Positions 44,804 to 54,342 of a stretch of 62,102 nucleotides of DNA are shown in pieces. Below the pieces are notes generated by a model that was not told where the DNA came from, ran no database searches, and saw nothing but the letters and a program-made list of their open reading frames with translations. The DNA lies in the NCBI GenBank assembly GCA_034178685.1, contig JAXFQZ010000179.1, positions 1-62,102 of the forward strand. Reading direction: 5' to 3'. The DNA is from Candidatus Ornithospirochaeta sp. Its GTDB lineage: Bacteria > Spirochaetota > Spirochaetia > Sphaerochaetales > Sphaerochaetaceae. The position numbers and the translations under genes are program-made. Position 1 is the stretch's first letter; each line of letters opens with the position of its first letter.

Positions 44804-46353
44804 ATCAGCCTTAGATACGGGACAGTGGAGCTGTCGAGTGAGCTATCGGGGTCCATTATGAAGCGCTCATCGATGCCGAAAGGAGGAACAGAGAGGCTCT
44901 CGAGCAATTCAATACCCTCCCTGAGAAGCGTCCTGCTATCGATTCCATACAGCCTGAGATGCCTGAAGGCATAGCGCATCGCTATCCTGCTTCCATAAAT
45001 CCCCTTGGGAACGCTTCCGAAAGAGGCGGGAAGCTCAGTGAGAGGCACAAGCCCCCTTGAGATCAGGGCAAGCATCAGGGAGCTTTCGTAAAGCGCGAAT
45101 ACAGGCGCTGATTCAGCAGGGATGCCGCGCTCAGCAAGAAAGAGCGAAACAGGAAGCATGAGAGGAAGCCCGATCGCTGTCATTATCGCCATAGGATAGG
45201 ATCCCCTTGGATCGACCCTGTATGGAGTATGCTCCTTTGTCTGCAGGCAGCCTGGAAGCGATTCGAGGCCCTTCGAGAGAACCTCATGGCCTGCAAGGCT
45301 GCAGCACAGCTGGCTTATTGCCCTTGCATGCTCATCAGCGCTCTTTCCCTTCAGGCATGGCATGCTGTAATCGCTCTCATTCCCTGCGAGGTACGAGAGA
45401 ATCGCTCCCGTATGCCAGACATCCGTTCCAGCTGCTCTCGCTGCATCTGCGATCTTCCTGACATCCTCAGGAGAGTAGAAGCCGAGGTTCGAGCCGAACA
45501 TCATGCACTCCTGGTAACCTGGGAGAACGGAGTTCGAGCTGTCCCTTCTCCCGCATGCAAGGAAGCAGTCCTGGCATGACTCAGGGAACTTCCCGTACTT
45601 CTCGGTGAATGCAATTCCATCCAGGGCATAGCATCTGGGATCGAAGCGCCTGCTGTATGATGAGACAGGAAGCCATCCAAGCCTCAGCCCGTTGTCGATG
45701 AATGAGGCAGAGCCATGCTTCCTGACTCTCCTGAGCTCTGGATTCGACTCAATCCTCCTCTTGGTTGCTGCAACAGCCTTGTCCTTCGATATCTCATCCT
45801 GCCTGCTGTAGCCCTTGAGGACCATGCCCTTGATGTTCTTCACAGCAAGCGCATACCCAAGCCCATCCGATTCGATCGTCCTGTCATCGGAAATCACAGT
45901 AGAGAAGATTATCCCGTTGTCTGCTGCGCACCCTGTAGAGAGAACCGCATCATTGGGATTCCTCCTGACGCACTCCGAGAACGAGCGGTAGGATGCTCCC
46001 CTGAGAGACTCGCATGGGATCTTATCGGCGTTATCCGGATAGATCGAGATATATGAGAGCTTTCGCGACCTGCCGATCAGGACCACTGCATCATACCCCA
46101 TCCTGTATAGGCTGTAGCCTGGAGCGAGATTCGAGTATGAGAGCGAGATCCTGCCAGTTATCGGGGACCTGAAGAGAATAGTGAACACAGCGCCTCCGGG
46201 GAAGGCAACGCTCTCCTTTGAAGGGGATGAGATTATGACGGGATTCTGGTCCTTGTACTCATTGTACAGGTGCAGAGCAAGAGGCAGGCCTCTTGTGCCA
46301 TATGCGATTGTCGAGATCTCATCCTTATCAAGATAGACGCATAGAACGTTCAT
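44656..46353 (-). CDS. Aldehyde:ferredoxin oxidoreductase (AOR) family homologue with apparently degenerate cofactor and active-site motifs
   Basis: The N-terminal domain pattern (RGLPLALHLY...NPVIISS...RSPITG...MGYDAVVLIG) and the CxxCxxxC motif (CQDCFLAC) match the AOR family. ATG 46353 is preferred over the ORF-track TTG at 46371. See the finding for the missing residues. Confidence 0.7.
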   Translation of the reverse strand: MNVLCVYLDKDEISTIAYGTRGLPLALHLYNEYKDQNPVIISSPSKESVAFPGGAVFTILFRSPITGRISLSYSNLAPGYSLYRMGYDAVVLIGRSRKLSYISIYPDNADKIPCESLRGASYRSFSECVRRNPNDAVLSTGCAADNGIIFSTVISDDRTIESDGLGYALAVKNIKGMVLKGYSRQDEISKDKAVAATKRRIESNPELRRVRKHGSASFIDNGLRLGWLPVSSYSRRFDPRCYALDGIAFTEKYGKFPESCQDCFLACGRRDSSNSVLPGYQECMMFGSNLGFYSPEDVRKIADAARAAGTDVWHTGAILSYLAGNESDYSMPCLKGKSADEHARAISQLCCSLAGHEVLSKGLESLPGCLQTKEHTPYRVDPRGSYPMAIMTAIGLPLMLPVSLFLAERGIPAESAPVFALYESSLMLALISRGLVPLTELPASFGSVPKGIYGSRIAMRYAFRHLRLYGIDSRTLLREGIELLESLSVPPFGIDERFIMDPDSSLDSSTVPYLRLIQGFEEEKERLLRWLKSRSEKRTRPSSEKSTAVGPSEERGREGDPGLTE

Positions 46354-46435
46354 GCGATGATTATAATTCAAATCAGATCAAATGGATACACTGTATTCCT
46401 TTGCCTTAAGGCGCAGGCTGGATTATCATTAGGCA

Positions 46436-48091
46436 ATGGATAGAATAACTATATCCCTTGAGGGAAAGAGAACAGATATCGCAAGGAACACTGGAATCGA
46501 GAGCCTCTTCGAGCCTTCAATGCTCAGGGGATACTCATCGGACACAATCGTAGCAGCAACAGTCAACGGCGTCATCAGACGTCTTGATCATCCAGCTGAG
46601 GAGAACTCGGAAATCAATCCTGTTCGCCTGTTCTCGCCTCTGGGAAAGAGGGTTTACAGGAAGACGCTGTGCTTCCTCCTCTCCTATGCATCCTCAGTCA
46701 TATACCCCGATCGTTCCCTGATCATAGGGCACAGCCTGGGCGATGGCTTCTACTTCCACTACAAGGACCAGGAGGCAATCGATGCATCCAGGCTCAGGAA
46801 AGCCATGGAGAAGGCCATAAGGGAGGACAGGAAGGTATCACTGACGACACTGCCCCATGGCGCTGCGCTTGAGTACCTGAGGTCCCATAGCATGGAGGAG
46901 ACAGCAAAGCTCCTTGAGTCCAGGAATGACTCAAGCTACTCATTCTCAGCCCTGGATGGGTATCTTGAGCTTGAGACTGAGCCGATCGTGCCGAACCTGG
47001 GCATCCTCGAGGTCTGGGACCTGATGGAATACAGGGACGGAATACTCCTCAGGTATCCCCAGTCGAGAAGCTATGACAGGATCCGTCCATTCGAGGATAA
47101 TCCGAAGCTCTTCGATGTCTTCTGCCAGAACAAGAATATGGGAAAGAGGCTTGAGCTGGAGAGCCTTGGGGCCCTCAACCTCAAGCAGCGTGATGGAGAT
47201 ATCCAGAGAGCGATAAGGCTCGAGGAGGAGAGCCAGAGGAACAGGATCGCAGAGATTGCTGAGAGGATAGCATCCAAGGGCTCTGTCAAGGCTGTATTCA
47301 TAGCAGGCCCTTCCTCATCGGGAAAGACGACATTCTCCCTTAAGATCTCAGAGCAGCTCATACTGCGTGGCCTGAGGCCAATAAAGATCTCGCTCGATGA
47401 CTACTACCTCCCTCCTGACCAGGTGCCTCTGGATGAGGATGGGAAGGCTGACTTCGAGGTGATGGAAGCACTGGACCTGAAGTGCCTCAGAGAGCAGATT
47501 GGATCGCTTATCATGGGAAGGGATGTCCATCTTGCATCATGGGACTTCGCTGAGAAGAAGAGGACCTTCAGCGAAAAGGCATGCAGGATGGATGATAGCT
47601 CCGTGCTTGTCATCGAGGGCATACATGGCCTCAATCCAGCCCTTCTTCCGGATCTTGGCGAGGACATGAAGTTCCGCATCTACATATCGGCTCTCACGCA
47701 GCTCAATCTCGACACGAGGTCGAGGATAAGCACCACTGACAACAGGATCCTGAGAAGGATGATAAGGGATAACAGGACAAGGGGGCTTGATGCTGTGGAG
47801 ACGCTTACGAGGTGGCCATCGGTGGAGAGGGGCGAGAAGAACCACATATTCCCTCTTCAGAACATGGCAGATGAGATGATCAACAGCGCCCTGAGCTATG
47901 AGATCGGGGTCCTTGCTCCATTCGCCATTCCTCTTCTGAGATCCGTCGGCAGGGAGCATGGGGATGCATACACGAATGCAAGAAGGCTCCTATCGTTCCT
48001 GGAGCTGGTCTATCCGATACAGTCATCCCTCGTCCCTGAGGACTCGATAATAAGGGAGTTCATCGGAGGATCTGTCTTCAGCGTTACCTGA
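46436..48091 (+). CDS. TGS/ThrRS-N-like domain fused to a uridine kinase/phosphoribulokinase-family P-loop kinase
   Basis: 551 aa. N-terminal about 270 aa with ThrRS-N-like patterning. Walker A AGPSSSGKTT. PRK/uridine kinase body (VLVIEGIHGLNP...TTDNRILRRMIRDNRTRG). Confidence 0.75.
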   Translation: MDRITISLEGKRTDIARNTGIESLFEPSMLRGYSSDTIVAATVNGVIRRLDHPAEENSEINPVRLFSPLGKRVYRKTLCFLLSYASSVIYPDRSLIIGHSLGDGFYFHYKDQEAIDASRLRKAMEKAIREDRKVSLTTLPHGAALEYLRSHSMEETAKLLESRNDSSYSFSALDGYLELETEPIVPNLGILEVWDLMEYRDGILLRYPQSRSYDRIRPFEDNPKLFDVFCQNKNMGKRLELESLGALNLKQRDGDIQRAIRLEEESQRNRIAEIAERIASKGSVKAVFIAGPSSSGKTTFSLKISEQLILRGLRPIKISLDDYYLPPDQVPLDEDGKADFEVMEALDLKCLREQIGSLIMGRDVHLASWDFAEKKRTFSEKACRMDDSSVLVIEGIHGLNPALLPDLGEDMKFRIYISALTQLNLDTRSRISTTDNRILRRMIRDNRTRGLDAVETLTRWPSVERGEKNHIFPLQNMADEMINSALSYEIGVLAPFAIPLLRSVGREHGDAYTNARRLLSFLELVYPIQSSLVPEDSIIREFIGGSVFSVT

Positions 48092-48404
48092 TTCCTGTCT
48101 CGTAAAGCACCCTGGTCTCTATGATGAGATCGGGGTAGCGCGAGATCATGTTCATAATCCTCAAAGCAGGCCCGGAAGGCTCATTGGTGCCCTTCTCCCA
48201 TGCCTGCACAGCCTTCTCCGAGACAGCAAGAAGGGATGCGAACATGCCTATGGAGAGATGGAGGCGCTCACGAAGCGCTCTTATCTCATCATTCGTCATT
48301 GAATGCACTGGCTCTATTGCCAGATACCTGTTCTTCTTAGTGACGATGCCCTTCCGCTTAGGGTAAAGGGCATCGCGCACAGTCTCCTCATATACAGAGA
48401 TCAT
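48084..48404 (-). CDS. XRE-family HTH protein of the antitoxin-like COG2944/YiaG type
   Basis: 106 aa. NDEIRALRERLHLSIGMFASLLAVSEKAVQAWEKGTNEPSGPALRIMNMISRYPDL. ATGA overlap with the nifU stop. Confidence 0.7.
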   Translation of the reverse strand: MISVYEETVRDALYPKRKGIVTKKNRYLAIEPVHSMTNDEIRALRERLHLSIGMFASLLAVSEKAVQAWEKGTNEPSGPALRIMNMISRYPDLIIETRVLYETGIR

Positions 48405-49021
48405 TGCTTATTGTAGATATGGAGGCACTCATTGAGCTCCTCAAGGATCCTATCCTTGCACTTTCCGCAGCCTGTGCAGCAGCCTGTGAGGCTCTGGAGA
48501 TCCTCGAAGGAGCGTACCTTGTCGTTCTTCACAAGGTCCTCGATCATGTGGTCGGTCACGCCCTTGCACTCGCAGATCATCTTAGCGCTGTTCGCCTTGT
48601 AAGGGTTAGGCATGCCGTTCTTCTCGAGATAATCGTCGATTGCCGCCCTGAGGGCCTTGTCGCCAAGGACAGAGCAGTGGAACTTATGCTCAGGAAGCCC
48701 TCCGAGCTTATCCGTGATTGCGGACGGGGTGATCTCATATGCCTGCTTGAGCGTCATACCGATAGCCATCTCGCTCATCATCGATGTAGATGCGATTGCC
48801 GAAGCGCAGCCATAGGTAAGCCATCTGAGATCCGAGATCCTTCCATCCTCGACCTTTATGCCGACTCTCATCTGATCCCCGCATGCCAGGGAACCCACTT
48901 CGCCTACCCCATCAGGCTGAAAAGCCTCGCCTTCCTTCCAGATGTTCCTTGGGTTGATGAAATGATCCTTCACTGTATCCGTATAGACCCACTGGGCCAT
49001 GAAGCTGTTTGCCATTCTCAT
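48401..49021 (-). CDS. nifU: NifU/IscU-type Fe-S cluster scaffold with C-terminal BFD-like [2Fe-2S] domain
   Basis: 206 aa. IscU Cys ligands (GSLACGD, YGCASAIA, HCSVL), then CECKGVT...GCCTGCGKC. ATGA overlap with nifS. Confidence 0.9.
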   Translation of the reverse strand: MRMANSFMAQWVYTDTVKDHFINPRNIWKEGEAFQPDGVGEVGSLACGDQMRVGIKVEDGRISDLRWLTYGCASAIASTSMMSEMAIGMTLKQAYEITPSAITDKLGGLPEHKFHCSVLGDKALRAAIDDYLEKNGMPNPYKANSAKMICECKGVTDHMIEDLVKNDKVRSFEDLQSLTGCCTGCGKCKDRILEELNECLHIYNKQ

Positions 49022-50193
49022 ACCTTCCTTGTGCTCATGTTCCTGATTCTCTCGATGATCGGAGGAAGCTTCTCGAGCACGTATTCAACGTCTTCCTCTG
49101 TGTTGTACCTTCCAAAGGAGAACCTGACTGATCCATGCGCAAGCTCAACATCGAGGCCTGCAGCCAGAAGCACATAGCTTGGCTCGAGGGAGCCTGATGC
49201 GCACGCGGATCCCGTAGAGACCTCGATTCCCTCCATATCAAGATAAAGGAGGATCGACTCGCCCTCAGCGGAAGGGAACGATACATCGAGGGTTCCCGGG
49301 AGGCAGTACTCAGGATCGTTCGATCCGTTCACTATCACGTGGGGGATTCTCTCCTCGATTCCCTTCCTGAGCATCTCCCTGAGCTTCCAGAGCCTGTCAT
49401 GCTCCTCCTGGAGATTGGCCTTAGCGAGCTCTGCGGCCTTTCCTATGCCATAGATCGCCTGGTTGCTGTATGTGCCTGCCCTTACGCCCTTCTCCTGATG
49501 ACCGCCATGCACGAAAGGTGCAATCGGCGCATGGGATGATGCATAAAGCACTCCTATTCCCTTCGGCCCGTAGAACTTATGGCCTGAAAGGGACAGGTAG
49601 TCGACATCCAGGTCCTTCACCGATACAGGGATCTTGCCGATTGCCTGGGTTGCATCAGTATGCATGTATGCACCCGCTTCATGAGCCATCCTGGAAACCT
49701 CCTTCACAGGCTGGATCACTCCCGACTCGTTGTTTCCTGTCATCACGGAAACAAGAGCAACATCAGGTCCCATGAGCTTCTCCATGGCTTTGAGGTCGAC
49801 CCTTCCCATGCTGTCTACAGGGCATAGGTCTATCCTGTATCCCCTTCCCCTCAGGTACTTGACTGTCTCGATGATCGAAGGATGCTCGATAGCTGTAGTG
49901 ACTATCCTCGTCCTGCCATCGATCCTGTCATCGATGCGGTCCCTGAAGAGACTGAAGACCGTGTTGTTGCTTTCCGATGCGCCCGATGTGAAGTACACAT
50001 CGCCAGGCGCTCCATCTATCAATGCTGCGACCTCTCCCCTTGCCCACTCTATTCCAGCTTCGCTGTTGCGGCCAAAGGAATGCATGCTTGAGGCGTTGCC
50101 GTAAAGCGAGGAATTCTCGCTCATTATCGCAATCACCTCATCGGCCATGCGGGTCGTGGCATTGTTATCAAGATAGACAAACCTTCTATCCAT
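49018..50193 (-). CDS. nifS: Cysteine desulfurase NifS/IscS (class V aminotransferase)
   Basis: 391 aa. YLDNNATT, PLP-Lys context SLSGHKFYGPKGIG, and the active-site loop STGSACASG. Confidence 0.92.
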   Translation of the reverse strand: MDRRFVYLDNNATTRMADEVIAIMSENSSLYGNASSMHSFGRNSEAGIEWARGEVAALIDGAPGDVYFTSGASESNNTVFSLFRDRIDDRIDGRTRIVTTAIEHPSIIETVKYLRGRGYRIDLCPVDSMGRVDLKAMEKLMGPDVALVSVMTGNNESGVIQPVKEVSRMAHEAGAYMHTDATQAIGKIPVSVKDLDVDYLSLSGHKFYGPKGIGVLYASSHAPIAPFVHGGHQEKGVRAGTYSNQAIYGIGKAAELAKANLQEEHDRLWKLREMLRKGIEERIPHVIVNGSNDPEYCLPGTLDVSFPSAEGESILLYLDMEGIEVSTGSACASGSLEPSYVLLAAGLDVELAHGSVRFSFGRYNTEEDVEYVLEKLPPIIERIRNMSTRKV

Positions 50194-50232
50194 TCAATTT
50201 ACCTCTCAGCTATGAAATTACCGATATACAAA

Positions 50233-50532
50233 TTACTCGTCAAGACTTGCAAGCACCATCTCCATATCGCGCCGGAACCTGATACGATGGCGCTTCGCCC
50301 ACTGCACATAAGCGCATGATGGCGGAAGATAAGGCGCTGTCATTGCCATCAATGGCGTCACCTTCCTGCATCGCGGGCATTTGCTGAAGCGGCTCTCGTA
50401 GACAGTGCATAGGCTTGTCTTCTTATCGAAGAAGGCGCATGTCTTCTCGCTGTCTATCAGCAGGATGCCCCTATAGACGCACTTCTCATGGCAGCAGAGC
50501 CCGCACCTACTGCACATATCCTCCCACTTCAT
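50233..50532 (-). CDS. YkgJ-family (UPF0153) cysteine-cluster protein
   Basis: 99 aa. CSRCGLCCHEKC ... CAFFD...LCTVY...CPRC is the typical CxxCxxCC zinc/iron-chelating pattern. Confidence 0.7.
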   Translation of the reverse strand: MKWEDMCSRCGLCCHEKCVYRGILLIDSEKTCAFFDKKTSLCTVYESRFSKCPRCRKVTPLMAMTAPYLPPSCAYVQWAKRHRIRFRRDMEMVLASLDE

Positions 50533-51272
50533 CAGAAAAGCCCCAGCATAGCCTTCTCGTTGATCTCAGGCAGCACCTTGATCAGGGATACGGATGCAAA
50601 GCCCTCCCTGCATACCTGGTAATCAGGCGCGAATCTGGATGATGAAGGATGGAACTCAAGGTTTCCTGCCCCGTCCTTTATCGCTACGAGCCTCTTATTG
50701 CCATCCTGGCTTATCACCTCGATCTGGTCAGGGTACACTATGTTCCCGACTGATGCGAGCCTGTACATCCCATTGAAGGGATCCGGAACGTTTATGTTCA
50801 TGAAGGAAAGGGCAGGAATCGCGCCGCAGAACAGGGAAAGGTTCGAAGCAAGGAACCTGGCGGCATTCACGAAGCTCTCTGCATTGCTCTTCCCGCATGA
50901 AATGGCGATTGCCTTCATGCCGTACATGGTAGCCTGCCTTGCGGCTGCGCATGTGCCCGAGAAGAGTATATCGGAGGAAAGGTTGTATCCATGGTTTATC
51001 CCTGCGATCACGAGATCGGGCTCAACAGGGAAAAGCTCGGACCTGTGGCTGTAGATTATGCAGTCAGCGGGCGTGCCTGAGAGATGGAAGCGCTTCTCTC
51101 CGTACTCTGTCATCTCAAGGCTGCCGGAGATCGTCATGGAATGGGACTTCGCGCTCTGCTCAGAGGACGGGGCTGAAACCCACACATTGTGATTGTGCTC
51201 CAGAAGCACGCGCTCAAGGACATTGATTCCCTCGGCCATGTAGCCATCGTCATTTGAAAGAAGTATGTTCAT
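50532..51272 (-). CDS. surE: 5'/3'-nucleotidase SurE
   Basis: 246 aa. MNILLSNDDGYMAEGI, VSAPSSEQSA, GTPADC and INHGYN. Confidence 0.9.
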   Translation of the reverse strand: MNILLSNDDGYMAEGINVLERVLLEHNHNVWVSAPSSEQSAKSHSMTISGSLEMTEYGEKRFHLSGTPADCIIYSHRSELFPVEPDLVIAGINHGYNLSSDILFSGTCAAARQATMYGMKAIAISCGKSNAESFVNAARFLASNLSLFCGAIPALSFMNINVPDPFNGMYRLASVGNIVYPDQIEVISQDGNKRLVAIKDGAGNLEFHPSSSRFAPDYQVCREGFASVSLIKVLPEINEKAMLGLF

Positions 51273-51311
51273 CAGGATGATGATACATTCAATTGCGCTT
51301 AATATCCATAA

Positions 51312-52460
51312 TCATAGGACAGCAAGGCTGCCCGATGGCACGAATTCCCTCAGCCTCGGATGGAAGCCGAATATATGCTCGTATTCCTCCATCTGCTTCC
51401 TGATATGCTCCACGCCCTCGTCGCCCTCGGCAAGGACAAGCATCGTGCCTGACACTCCGACCGAGATCTGCATGACGCTCTTTATCGAGGGGCTGTCAAG
51501 AAGCCTCCTGACTATCCAGTCGATCTCGGGGCCTGTGAGCTCTGCAAGCTTGGCCTGTATCTTCTGCTCAGTGTTCATTGCCTTGGCAAAGGAATCGCTG
51601 TCAGACCCAAGTATGGCGCTCTCAGCGGACTTCGAGAGAGATGAGGACTGCACAAGATAAGACACGTAGTTCCTTTCCTTCTCCGGGAACTCCGATGTAA
51701 GCCTCCTGATCTCACGCTCCTGCATTTCCGTAAGCACAGCGCCAGGCTTCTTCTTCCTGACCTTCAGGATCGCTTCCCGGCTCTCCCTCCTGAATGCCTC
51801 CACCTCATCGTAGAATACCGATACAGGGATCGAGCATTCGAGAATGAGGGACCTGAGATTGCCATTGAAGGGATATGGATGGAATGAGTACCTGCCCATC
51901 CCGATATCGAAGAACATGATCGTCTCAGGCCTGGAGAGGAATACCGCTATCACATCCTTGACCCTTGCGGAATACATCGACGAGAACGAATTCGCAGCAG
52001 GGAGCATTCTCAGCATATCGCTCACATCAAGGCCAAGGGAGAAGAGATTGTCAAGCGCATAGAAGATGCCTGAGAAGACAGTAGCGGCAAGATGCGGCGG
52101 ATCGGAAAGAAGAGCAGGACCCTTGAGGACTATATCCATGCCAGGGAACCTGCATCCATCTGCAATCATAGCCTGGATCATTGCCTTCACTGTATTGGCC
52201 CATCTGTCCTCGGTCCTGTACTTTATGCTTGTGACCTGGAATTTCTTCCTGTCCTGCTTTGTCGCGTTGCTGACCCTTACGGTATTGTCATCGCGCCTCG
52301 AGATGGAGATCCGTATGCCCTGGCTGTTGGTGCATACCACGCTGCTGCCGTTGCAATGCTCCGAGAAGGCACCGAAAAGCGTCGTAGCCTGAGGCACCTC
52401 GACTATTATCTGAGGTTCCTTCGAATACTCGCTTCTATGAATTCTGCCGATGCCTTCCAT
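51312..52460 (-). CDS. Galactokinase/GHMP-kinase-like protein with degenerate kinase motifs
   Basis: 382 aa from ATG 52460, with GAGG 6 nt upstream. The overall galactokinase-like layout is present, but the three signature motifs read TLFGAFSEHCNG, GPALLSDPPHLAATVFSG and SVGVSGT. Confidence 0.55.
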   Translation of the reverse strand: MEGIGRIHRSEYSKEPQIIVEVPQATTLFGAFSEHCNGSSVVCTNSQGIRISISRRDDNTVRVSNATKQDRKKFQVTSIKYRTEDRWANTVKAMIQAMIADGCRFPGMDIVLKGPALLSDPPHLAATVFSGIFYALDNLFSLGLDVSDMLRMLPAANSFSSMYSARVKDVIAVFLSRPETIMFFDIGMGRYSFHPYPFNGNLRSLILECSIPVSVFYDEVEAFRRESREAILKVRKKKPGAVLTEMQEREIRRLTSEFPEKERNYVSYLVQSSSLSKSAESAILGSDSDSFAKAMNTEQKIQAKLAELTGPEIDWIVRRLLDSPSIKSVMQISVGVSGTMLVLAEGDEGVEHIRKQMEEYEHIFGFHPRLREFVPSGSLAVL

Positions 52461-52671
52461 CCAATCCTCAATTATTAAGATTATGCATTCGATTTGCAGA
52501 GAACACAACAAGAATCTAGGCAACATGGAAATCATGAACCCTTATAATGCAATCAATTGGAATGAAGCAGATGCATTATTCCCCTTTTGCAGCATTGCAT
52601 GAATATAGAAATAGACGGTCTTCTTCCAAACCCATATAATTAATAGCCATATGCTTCTGAAGGGGAACGGA

Positions 52672-54342
52672 ATGATGATAGGAAGGAGAAGGAAGTTGTC
52701 GCTAGGTGCCACCATGAAGGCCATCATCCTTCTGTATTTCCCTATATTCATCATAATCCTTACGGTCTTCTTCGTAAGCAGCATGAAGACAAACCGGAAT
52801 GAGATCCTCCTGTACATGGACCTCCAGAAGAACGAGGTATCAAGGACGCTCAATGCGTACATAGGGGATTTCGAGAGGAGGAACTTCAGCGCAGATGGAG
52901 TCATGGAGCGCTATGGCACCATACTTGAGAGGAAGGATGAGACGAAGGACTTCCTGCGCGTCCTGAAGGACTCGATGTCCATAGGTTACGCGACTATGAG
53001 GAACGTGAAGTGGATTGCGATCCTCGAGGATGGGGAGATCCACACCCATAACACAGGAAACATCGCGAAGACTACCATCGGGAATATGGCTGAGGGATTG
53101 ACTGGGGATGTCTACTCGCTCTTCGGAAGGGGAAGGTTCTACCGCGATGAAGAGACAGATGAGGTATTCTACCTGAGGGCGATCTACGGCCCCAATGAGC
53201 TCAAGGTCCTTGGATTCTTAATCGCGTGCATAGATAAGACAGCTTTGGTTCCCTACTTCTCTGCGATAGAGGCTGAGACAGGCAACCACTATGCTATCCA
53301 GACCTTCAGCGGGGATACAGTGTATGAATACAGCAGGTGCAGGCCGAATGTGGAATACGTCACTGATTACAGCCCTCTGATTGACTACGACCTCGTGCTG
53401 AGGCAGGACGTGGACATGACAGCGCAGCAGTCTGCATTCCGCCATTCATACTACATCTCGATATCGATCATGCTCATCGCACTGATACTGATGTTCGCCG
53501 TCCTCTCCCTGTTCATGAAGGACATACACAGGCAGATAGGCTATGTGCTCTCAAGGATCAGGCAGATAAGCAACAGCGATTTCTCCATACCTGAGACAGA
53601 GGCAGCCCTGACGAAGGAGATCGAGGAGATATCGGATAGCATCAACAGCATGGCCCTTAGGATCGATACGCTGATCAAGGAGAACGCGATAAAGGAAAGG
53701 AACAGGCAGCAGATGGAGATCGAGCTCCTGCAGGCAAAGTACGCTGTGCTTCAGTCACAGGTCAATCCGCACTTCCTTTACAATGTCCTCGAATCAATCA
53801 ACGGACAGGCGCTGCTGAACGACGACGAGGAGACTGCTTCAATGATATGCCATCTTGCGGACTTCTTCAGAGGCGTGCTTGATAACAGCGGCAAGGAGTG
53901 GACAGTCGCGGATGAGATCGACTTCATGACGAACTATCTCCAGCTTTATCAGTCGATATACCCTGATAGGCTATCCGTCAAGTATGAGGTGGACAATGAG
54001 ATACTGCCATACCGCATTCCATCGTTCCTTCTGCAGCCCATCATAGAGAACTCAATAGTCCATGGGATGGAGGAGAAGATCGGGCAATGCACCATCCGTA
54101 TCTCCTGCACGAGAAGAAACGGGATCATACGCTTCTCTATCCGCGACGATGGCATGGGAATGGATCCTGAGAGGCTCAAGGAAGTCAGGGAGATGCTCTA
54201 CAGCACGAGAAAAGGCAGAGTGGGATTGCCGAATGTGGCAGACAGGATCAGGCTCAGGTACGGAGAATATGCATCATTCAGCATAGAATCGGAGTTCGGC
54301 AGGGGAACCGAGGTGACTATAGAGATAAAGGAGGGTCTATAA
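52672..54342 (+). CDS. Sensor histidine kinase, YesM/LytS type (His_kinase + HATPase_c) with extracytoplasmic sensor domain
   Basis: Two TM segments flank a roughly 250-aa sensor domain. HAMP-like linker. QVNPHFLYNVLESI (PF06580-type H-box). HATPase motifs ENSIVHG, DDGMG and GLPNV. Start at ATG 52672, with AGGGGA 5 nt upstream. The ORF-track start is 52651. Confidence 0.85.
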   Translation: MMIGRRRKLSLGATMKAIILLYFPIFIIILTVFFVSSMKTNRNEILLYMDLQKNEVSRTLNAYIGDFERRNFSADGVMERYGTILERKDETKDFLRVLKDSMSIGYATMRNVKWIAILEDGEIHTHNTGNIAKTTIGNMAEGLTGDVYSLFGRGRFYRDEETDEVFYLRAIYGPNELKVLGFLIACIDKTALVPYFSAIEAETGNHYAIQTFSGDTVYEYSRCRPNVEYVTDYSPLIDYDLVLRQDVDMTAQQSAFRHSYYISISIMLIALILMFAVLSLFMKDIHRQIGYVLSRIRQISNSDFSIPETEAALTKEIEEISDSINSMALRIDTLIKENAIKERNRQQMEIELLQAKYAVLQSQVNPHFLYNVLESINGQALLNDDEETASMICHLADFFRGVLDNSGKEWTVADEIDFMTNYLQLYQSIYPDRLSVKYEVDNEILPYRIPSFLLQPIIENSIVHGMEEKIGQCTIRISCTRRNGIIRFSIRDDGMGMDPERLKEVREMLYSTRKGRVGLPNVADRIRLRYGEYASFSIESEFGRGTEVTIEIKEGL

